Positions 58,331 through 64,000 of a DNA stretch of 64,000 nucleotides are shown here, one piece after another. Each line of letters starts with the position of its first letter. Positions within the stretch are counted from its first letter, which is position 1. Origin of the DNA: a virus; the IMG/VR virus record IMGVR_UViG_3300010354_004913, positions 27,226-91,225 of that record; one strand, 5' to 3'. The notes under the pieces were generated by a model. The model was not told where the DNA came from. It did no database searches and saw only the letters and a program-made list of their open reading frames with translations. Position numbers and translations under genes: made by a program.

Positions 58331-59177
58331 ACGAATTTTAATTATGGGGTTGCCTGGTAGTGGTAAAACCTACTTTGCTGAAAGATTGAAGAAATATCTG
58401 GAAGATTTTTCCAGAGCTGATCAAATGCCTGCTGAACGCATGATGCATTTAGAAATGCCGCCTGCTTACTGGAAGGCCAAAGTAGACTGGTTTAACGCCG
58501 ACGATGTTCGCAGACGTTATAATGATTGGGACTTTAGCAAAGAAGGACGCATTCGTCAAAGTCTTCGTATGTTAGAATTTGCTATTAAATGCTCTGGCGA
58601 CTTTGTCATTTGCGATTTTGTAGCACCTCTTCCAGAAATGCGTCATAATTTTAAAGCAGACTGGACTATCTGGATGGATACTATCGATTCCGGACGTTAC
58701 GAAGACACTAACAAAGCGTTTATTCCGCCAGATATGTATGACTTCCGTATCACAGAACAAAATGCGGAAAAATGGGTTGAGTTTGTAGGACAACATATTT
58801 TAGATGAAAAGCGTAGGCCGATATTTAATTGGCAAAACGAAACTGTACAGATGTTAGGTCGTTGGCAACCGTGGCATGAAGGGCATCGTAAATTATTCGA
58901 ACGTGCTATTGCTAAAACTGGTCAAGTATGTATTATGATTCGAGACTGTCAAGGATGGAACGGGTCAAATCCATTTGCCATTGAACAAGTTAAAAACTTT
59001 ATTCGTAGAGATCTAGATCCGCTTTATCAAGGTCAATACGAAATACAGGTTGTTCCTAATATTGTTAACATTACTTATGGTCGTGATGTAGGATATAAGA
59101 TCGAACAAGAAGTGTTCGATGATGCCACACACAGCATTAGTGCTACTAAAATTCGTCAATCCATGGGTCTTAAATGA
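58323..59177 (+). CDS. APS-kinase-like P-loop kinase fused to a cytidylyltransferase-like domain
   Basis: GLPGSGKT, NADDVR, DFS.EGR; then GRWQPWHEGH (HxGH) and ISATKIR. Confidence 0.75.
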   Translation: MAKRILIMGLPGSGKTYFAERLKKYLEDFSRADQMPAERMMHLEMPPAYWKAKVDWFNADDVRRRYNDWDFSKEGRIRQSLRMLEFAIKCSGDFVICDFVAPLPEMRHNFKADWTIWMDTIDSGRYEDTNKAFIPPDMYDFRITEQNAEKWVEFVGQHILDEKRRPIFNWQNETVQMLGRWQPWHEGHRKLFERAIAKTGQVCIMIRDCQGWNGSNPFAIEQVKNFIRRDLDPLYQGQYEIQVVPNIVNITYGRDVGYKIEQEVFDDATHSISATKIRQSMGLK

Positions 59178-59398
59178 ACAAATATCACGTCAGATTTAAC
59201 ACAAAACACAACGGTAGTGAGTTAGTCTGGCGAATATTTGAAAATGGTGTTGAACATTTAGCTTCAGACGTTCGTATTGTTGGGGAAACTTTTACAGAAA
59301 CAACACACGAACACGGAGAAACTAAGTGGAATATAGCTTGCCATGGTAGACTTATATGGGTCGATACTGTGGCAGTTATAGTTACTGGTAAAGATTAA
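59174..59398 (+). CDS. Hypothetical protein
   Basis: 74-aa coupled ORF. Confidence 0.65.
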   Translation: MNKYHVRFNTKHNGSELVWRIFENGVEHLASDVRIVGETFTETTHEHGETKWNIACHGRLIWVDTVAVIVTGKD

Positions 59399-59420
59399 GG
59401 GGGCATAAGCCCCCTTTTTT
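59397..59420. terminator. Intrinsic terminator between convergent genes
   Basis: AAGGGGGC-ATAA-GCCCCCTT followed by a T-run. Confidence 0.85.
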
Positions 59421-60132
59421 AATCTCCGTATACTTCTAGTACTTCTCTTACTGCTTCATGACGTTCAATGTCCTTATGGTCAAATTGTACTACGTCTATA
59501 TGATCTAATCGTTTACCTTGTAATTTACTTACAAAATCAATTAGACCATTGTCTTTTAATCTGTCTGCTTGATTCAAATCTCCTGTTACAACCATCTTGC
59601 TATTTTCTCCTAATCTGGTCAGTAACATTTTCATCTGATTCTGCGTGGCATTTTGCATTTCATCTGCTACTATGTAGGCATTTTTGAATGTCCTACCACG
59701 CATATATGCTAGTGGGCTTATTTCAATTATTCCGTCATATAACATTCCTTCAATGTCTTTTTGTTGATAATATTCTGCTAATACATCAAAAATAGGTCTT
59801 GTCCACGGTGCCATTTTTTCGTTTAATGTACCGGGTAAGAATCCTAGATCTTCATCTACACTTACGGCGGGTCTTGTAACGACGATTTTTTCAATCAATC
59901 CATCTCTTAGCATTTTTATTCCGTTTTGAACAGCCAATAGGGTTTTACCCGTACCAGCTGGACCCAACGCAAACACTATGTTTTTAGTGTCGTCTTGGAG
60001 CTTGTAAAGGTATTCTTCTTGGTGTTTATTACGAGGCAGCAAAGTTACTCTTTGCTTTTTTTGAGGTGTATATGCTTGAAAATCTATCACGTTTACATTA
60101 GAGGTAAAGCGTTTTTTCACTCTTTTACTCAT
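59419..60132 (-). CDS. phoH: PhoH-like ATPase
   Basis: GPAGTGKT, TRP, GFLPG, YMRGRT, DEMQN, GD..Q.D. Confidence 0.95.
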   Translation of the reverse strand: MSKRVKKRFTSNVNVIDFQAYTPQKKQRVTLLPRNKHQEEYLYKLQDDTKNIVFALGPAGTGKTLLAVQNGIKMLRDGLIEKIVVTRPAVSVDEDLGFLPGTLNEKMAPWTRPIFDVLAEYYQQKDIEGMLYDGIIEISPLAYMRGRTFKNAYIVADEMQNATQNQMKMLLTRLGENSKMVVTGDLNQADRLKDNGLIDFVSKLQGKRLDHIDVVQFDHKDIERHEAVREVLEVYGD

Positions 60133-60154
60133 TAAGTTCTCCCACTTAGAAAGC

Positions 60155-60207
60155 AGGACTTGTAGCGACCGCCTTTGATAACTACAGAGGTCCTACATTT
60201 TTATTTA
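60155..60207 (-). promoter_or_regulatory. Late-type promoter and structured 5' leader of phoH
   Basis: TAAATA (60202-07, -); stem arms 60155-59/60190-94 and 60161-65/60182-86. Confidence 0.45.
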
Positions 60208-60285
60208 ACCATTCTACAGAAATTTAATAACATAAGATATGATCTAGCTACGACTAAATAAGTATAGTGATTTTTAGGACGTAAA

Positions 60286-60861
60286 ATGAGAGATATTTTA
60301 GACATTATCAAAAATGTTGAATCCATTTATAGTGCCAACACCAGTTTAAGCGAGCTCAAAGATTTCGAACGTGTTTTAGACGAAATGGATATGTACGTAT
60401 ATAAAAACTGGGAGGACGGCGAACTTGCCGAAGGCCCTTTTGTGGAACGTCATTGGGTAAAAGCTAGCTTTATGTGGCCGATGGAAAAGATGCCTGACCC
60501 CATGGCAGCAAAACGTTTACTAGATTATGGATGTAGAGTACGATACGAAAAAACATTTTTAATAGAGCCTAGACAGGTCAAAGAACCAGACGACCTACGT
60601 CCTGGCACTAAAAAAGGTAAACTAGATCGAAAACCTATTTGGGTTGTAGAAATTACCATGCCTAGGAAGTTAGTAGCAGATACATTTGAAGGTTACATGA
60701 CTAAAATGAGAGAAAGCATTGGCATTGGCAGAACAGAAGGCACTCAAGCTGCTCCAGCTGAAGCAGCAGATAATATGTTAGCAGCACCTCAATCACCAGC
60801 AGGCGCTGCTCCAGCAGCAACACCACAACCAGGAGCACCAAGTGCAGCGCCAGCAGTTTAA
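60286..60861 (+). CDS. Conserved phage hypothetical protein
   Basis: CTAAATAAGTA upstream; DFERVLDE...NW.DGEL..GP; Ala/Pro tail. Confidence 0.7.
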   Translation: MRDILDIIKNVESIYSANTSLSELKDFERVLDEMDMYVYKNWEDGELAEGPFVERHWVKASFMWPMEKMPDPMAAKRLLDYGCRVRYEKTFLIEPRQVKEPDDLRPGTKKGKLDRKPIWVVEITMPRKLVADTFEGYMTKMRESIGIGRTEGTQAAPAEAADNMLAAPQSPAGAAPAATPQPGAPSAAPAV

Positions 60862-61576
60862 AGAATCTCTACGCTCAGATGATTTACACAATCTAGTAAG
60901 TCATGTTTTTGAGGTTGACAGCTATGCTAGTAAAATGGGCGACGATAAAGATATCGTAGTTCTAAGCTTTACTGTCGAAGACCTTGCTCCAGCTCAGGAT
61001 CTAGTAAACTTTGTAGAACGAGGTTACGATTTTGTGCTAGATGCTGACTCTAGTCCTGGCGAACTAGAAGATGGACGTTATAAAGTATTCATAGAAATTG
61101 AAAGAAATAAAAGAATAGCAGAACAAATTCAAGAAGTTTTAGACGGTGTTGGTAAATTAACTGGCATAGATGAATTTAAGTTTAGATATTATAAAAGTTT
61201 TAACTCGCTACCATTAGACGCACTACAAGAAACTATTCCAACTGATAAAAATAGCTATGAAATTTCAATTAAAGAAAACAGTCTAAATAATTTTAGCAAT
61301 TTTTTTAATAAAAGTTATTTAGAAAGCGTTAGTATAGATAATAACGATTTAGTTTTTCAAAAAAGATATTCAGAACCATTAAGAATGCGTATTAAAGGTT
61401 TTGGTCAACGTCATCAAGTATACGAAAGCTTACCGGGACGTATCATGATTGAAACTAAAGATGTTTCTGAAATTCTATATCTAACAAAATACCTAGGCGA
61501 TTACAATATTACAAAAATAAACAATTGGTTTGTGTTTGAACATAATGATTACGCGGTTGTATTGGAGAAGTTGTAA
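60842..61576 (+). CDS. Conserved phage hypothetical protein
   Basis: GTG start after AGGAG; SKMG.D.D...DL..F.E.GY..VLDAD.S.GE. Confidence 0.7.
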   Translation: MQRQQFKESLRSDDLHNLVSHVFEVDSYASKMGDDKDIVVLSFTVEDLAPAQDLVNFVERGYDFVLDADSSPGELEDGRYKVFIEIERNKRIAEQIQEVLDGVGKLTGIDEFKFRYYKSFNSLPLDALQETIPTDKNSYEISIKENSLNNFSNFFNKSYLESVSIDNNDLVFQKRYSEPLRMRIKGFGQRHQVYESLPGRIMIETKDVSEILYLTKYLGDYNITKINNWFVFEHNDYAVVLEKL

Positions 61577-62127
61577 TGTGGCAAATAACTTGGATTCTGA
61601 GTTTTTTACCTGATTGGTTTTGGACTCTAGTATTAATTGTTGGTGTACTGGGTCTAATTGCATCTTGGATATTAAAAAAGATTCCATTTATTTCTAATAA
61701 CGCATTACCAATTAAAGTTATTTCCATTTTGATGCTGTTAGTAGGTGTATACTTTCAAGGTGTAATAGCTAACGAAGAAAAATATAAAGCAGAACATGAA
61801 AGGCTTAAAGCTGAAATAGCAGCAGCAGAAGCTAAAGCCAAAGAACGTAATGTTGAAATACAAAAAGAAATAGTTTACAGAGATCGTGTTATAAAAGAAA
61901 AAGGCGATACTGTGATTAGATATGTTGACAGAGTAGTTAAAGGTGATCCTGTAGTAATTACTCAAGAAGTTGTTAAAGAAAGAAATCTCAGCGACGAAGA
62001 GCGTAAAAAATTAGAAGAACAAATTAGAGAATTACAAAGAGCAGAAAAAGAATGTCCTGTGCCTAGTTTAGTCATACAAGGTATTAACGAAGCAGCAAAA
62101 CCTCCAGCAAAGGGAGATAAAAAATGA
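61576..62127 (+). CDS. Inner-membrane spanin-like (Rz) protein
   Basis: N-terminal TM segments, coiled coil, C-terminal CPVP; adjacent to lipoprotein and endolysin. Confidence 0.65.
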   Translation: MWQITWILSFLPDWFWTLVLIVGVLGLIASWILKKIPFISNNALPIKVISILMLLVGVYFQGVIANEEKYKAEHERLKAEIAAAEAKAKERNVEIQKEIVYRDRVIKEKGDTVIRYVDRVVKGDPVVITQEVVKERNLSDEERKKLEEQIRELQRAEKECPVPSLVIQGINEAAKPPAKGDKK

Positions 62128-62402
62128 AGTATTTAGGTATTATACTAATTACAATTTTTTTAAATGGTTGTAGTTTATTACCTAAATTAACTGCTGCTAA
62201 ACCTAAATTTCCAGAACCAATTAAAGAACTTACTGAACCTTGTCCCGATCTCAAACAGATCGAAGGCGACAAAGTAGCAATTACTGACCTACTAAGATCA
62301 GTGGTCAATAACTACACTTTATATTATCAATGCTCGTTAAAGAATGACGGCTGGAACGAGTGGTATAAACAGCAAAAAGAAATATACGATAAAATAAAGT
62401 GA
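62124..62402 (+). CDS. Outer-membrane spanin-like (Rz1) lipoprotein
   Basis: Lipobox LNGC; Pro-rich segment; NY..Y..C...W. Confidence 0.7.
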   Translation: MKYLGIILITIFLNGCSLLPKLTAAKPKFPEPIKELTEPCPDLKQIEGDKVAITDLLRSVVNNYTLYYQCSLKNDGWNEWYKQQKEIYDKIK

Positions 62403-62420
62403 TCTAACTAAGGAGCGAAA

Positions 62421-63044
62421 ATGAGTTTTATTCTTACTAGGGAGCAATTGGCTCAATTAATACCTGGTAACCCATACCTTGATTATTGGCATAACGCCTT
62501 ATCTTTATGTTTACCAGACTATGATATAAACACACCAAGACGTGTGGCTGCATTCATAGCTCAATGTGCTCACGAAAGCGGTGGATTTAAATTCTTAAAA
62601 GAAAATCTCAACTATCGTGCTGCCAGTTTAATGAAAGTATGGCCAAGATATTTTCCTACTCAAGACATAGCTAACCAATATGCTAACAAACAAGAAATGA
62701 TTGCCAATCGTGCCTATGGCGGGCGTATGGGTAATGGTCCGGAAGAATCAGGAGACGGTTGGAGATTTTGCGGTAGAGGATTGATTCAGTTAACTGGCCG
62801 TAACAATTATCAAGCATTTGCTGATAGTATTGAAACTCCTGTTGATGAAATTCCGGCATACTTACAAACATTTGAAGGTGCTGTACAAAGTGCCTGCTGG
62901 TTTTGGGAAACAAACAAACTTAATCAATGGGCAGATGCTGGAGACATCTTAACATTAACAAAAAGAATCAATGGCGGTACATTAGGTTTAGCTGATAGAC
63001 AGAAACACTATGAACACGCACTACATGTTTTAGGAGCACACTAA
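62421..63044 (+). CDS. Glycoside hydrolase family 19 endolysin
   Basis: AFIAQCAHESGG, ENLNY, GRGLIQLTG..NY, SACWFW, INGG..GL.DR. Confidence 0.93.
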   Translation: MSFILTREQLAQLIPGNPYLDYWHNALSLCLPDYDINTPRRVAAFIAQCAHESGGFKFLKENLNYRAASLMKVWPRYFPTQDIANQYANKQEMIANRAYGGRMGNGPEESGDGWRFCGRGLIQLTGRNNYQAFADSIETPVDEIPAYLQTFEGAVQSACWFWETNKLNQWADAGDILTLTKRINGGTLGLADRQKHYEHALHVLGAH

Positions 63045-63574
63045 TGAGCGAAGTAAAAACAGAAGTAAAACCTCTCAGTAGAAGCGAACGAGAAGCTAAA
63101 ATTAAAGACAAAGCAGGATTCGTCATTGTATTCTTAGCTGCTATTTTAGCTATTAATACTATGATAGGTGGACAAAATTCTAGTAAAATTATGAATAACA
63201 CAATTGCCGCTAATAATCAGTGGGCATGGTATCAAGCTAAAAACGTTCGTGGTGTGCTTTATGAAACTGCTGCTGCTAGTGCTACCGATCCTCAAGTCAA
63301 AGCTAAATTTGAATCTGAAAAAGATAGAATGGAAGCAGACAAGAAAGAAATAGCAGAAAAAGCCAAAGCATTAGAAGCAGAGAGAGCAGTTGCTCGAGAA
63401 AAGTCTCCATGGTTTACTTGGGGAGGCAGTGTATTACAAATTGCTATTGTGCTATTAACGGCTAGTATTCTTGCTGTAAGCATGCCAATGTTCTGGATAA
63501 GTTTAGTTGTTGGTGCCGCAGGAAGTCTATTTGTTAGCCAGGCACTGTGGTTATGGTTACCAATAACATTATAA
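63044..63574 (+). CDS. DUF4337-like membrane protein
   Basis: TM segment, NQWAWYQAK, coiled coil, LQIAIVL.ASIL TM pair. Confidence 0.7.
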   Translation: MSEVKTEVKPLSRSEREAKIKDKAGFVIVFLAAILAINTMIGGQNSSKIMNNTIAANNQWAWYQAKNVRGVLYETAAASATDPQVKAKFESEKDRMEADKKEIAEKAKALEAERAVAREKSPWFTWGGSVLQIAIVLLTASILAVSMPMFWISLVVGAAGSLFVSQALWLWLPITL

Positions 63575-63584
63575 GAGGTGAGCG

Positions 63585-64000
63585 ATGAGCGAAAAAGAAT
63601 ACGAAAAGATGAGTGCTTCTGAAAAGAAGAAAGAAGATTGGATGAATAGTAAATGGCGTCCCATGATGGGATGGTCATATATGTTAACTTGTATTGCGGA
63701 CTTTGTGATATTCCCCATCTTATGGAGTGTTTTACAAAGTGTTAGCAAGGGACAGGTTAATATCCAATGGCAACCTATTACACTTCAAGGCGCAGGACTA
63801 TATCACATTGCAATGGGTGCTGTGTTAGGTATTGCCGCCTACGGACGCACACAGGAAAAACTAGGAGGAGCAAACAATGGCGGAATCCAACTACCAGCAA
63901 ATGTCGGAACAACATATACGCCTCCACCGCCAGTGGGACAGTCAGCCGCGCCCAACTTTGGTGCACCAATGGCCACAACAGTTACCCAAACATTCGGAAC
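63585..64000 (+). CDS. Holin, 3TM GTA-holin-like (runs off the right edge)
   Basis: Not in the ORF track; hand translation ...WMNSKWRPMMGW.Y...F...LGIAAYGRTQEK. Confidence 0.75.
   Translation, partial: MSEKEYEKMSASEKKKEDWMNSKWRPMMGWSYMLTCIADFVIFPILWSVLQSVSKGQVNIQWQPITLQGAGLYHIAMGAVLGIAAYGRTQEKLGGANNGGIQLPANVGTTYTPPPPVGQSAAPNFGAPMATTVTQTFG

Noticed and set aside
1-64000. Genome-wide TAG reassignment (alternative genetic code)
   Set aside because: Very long ORFs are intact in code 11, TAG ends complete genes (7106, 7090, 56187), and only one internal TAG was seen
1-64000. tRNA/rRNA genes, introns, integrase or transposase
   Set aside because: Intergenic gaps are short and I found no cloverleaf, intron or recombinase signatures by eye; a tRNAscan/Infernal run would be needed to exclude them formally

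Overview
AT-rich, gene-dense segment of a large lytic dsDNA tailed (probably jumbo, myovirus-like) bacteriophage, read in the standard genetic code. Spanin, holin and lipoprotein genes plus proteobacterial-type ErpA and 7Fe ferredoxin point to a Gram-negative host. Modules from left to right: (1) 1-13.3 kb, a tailoring-enzyme cluster with six radical SAM/Twitch proteins, a QueC-like PP-loop enzyme, two HxD 2OG-Fe(II)-type hydroxylases, an atypical kinase-fold protein, a methyltransferase, an SGNH-like protein and a glutathione peroxidase, interrupted by a lipoprotein cassette; (2) 13.4-29.8 kb, early/host-interaction genes (fatty-acid desaturase, IF-1, metallophosphoesterase, HNH, ClpP, DNA ligase with an internal TAG, BI-1/YccA, QueD, UvsE, ErpA); (3) 29.8-54.3 kb, tail/baseplate/fibre genes including a 2500-aa protein, two Mtd_N fibres and a subtilisin-like protease; (4) 54.3-60.1 kb, replication and metabolism genes (mini DnaE fragment, GroES, MazG-like, clamp loader, ferredoxin, dCMP deaminase, kinase-nucleotidyltransferase fusion, PhoH); (5) a lysis cassette at the right end. 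Two promoter classes are visible: sigma70 TTGACA-N17-TATAAT and a T4-late-like TAA(A/G)TA. Several promoters of both classes place the start codon at the predicted +1 (leaderless mRNAs), including four of the modification-cluster transcription units. No tRNA, rRNA, CRISPR array, integrase or capsid gene was recognised. All product calls come from motif recognition by eye; no database search was run.
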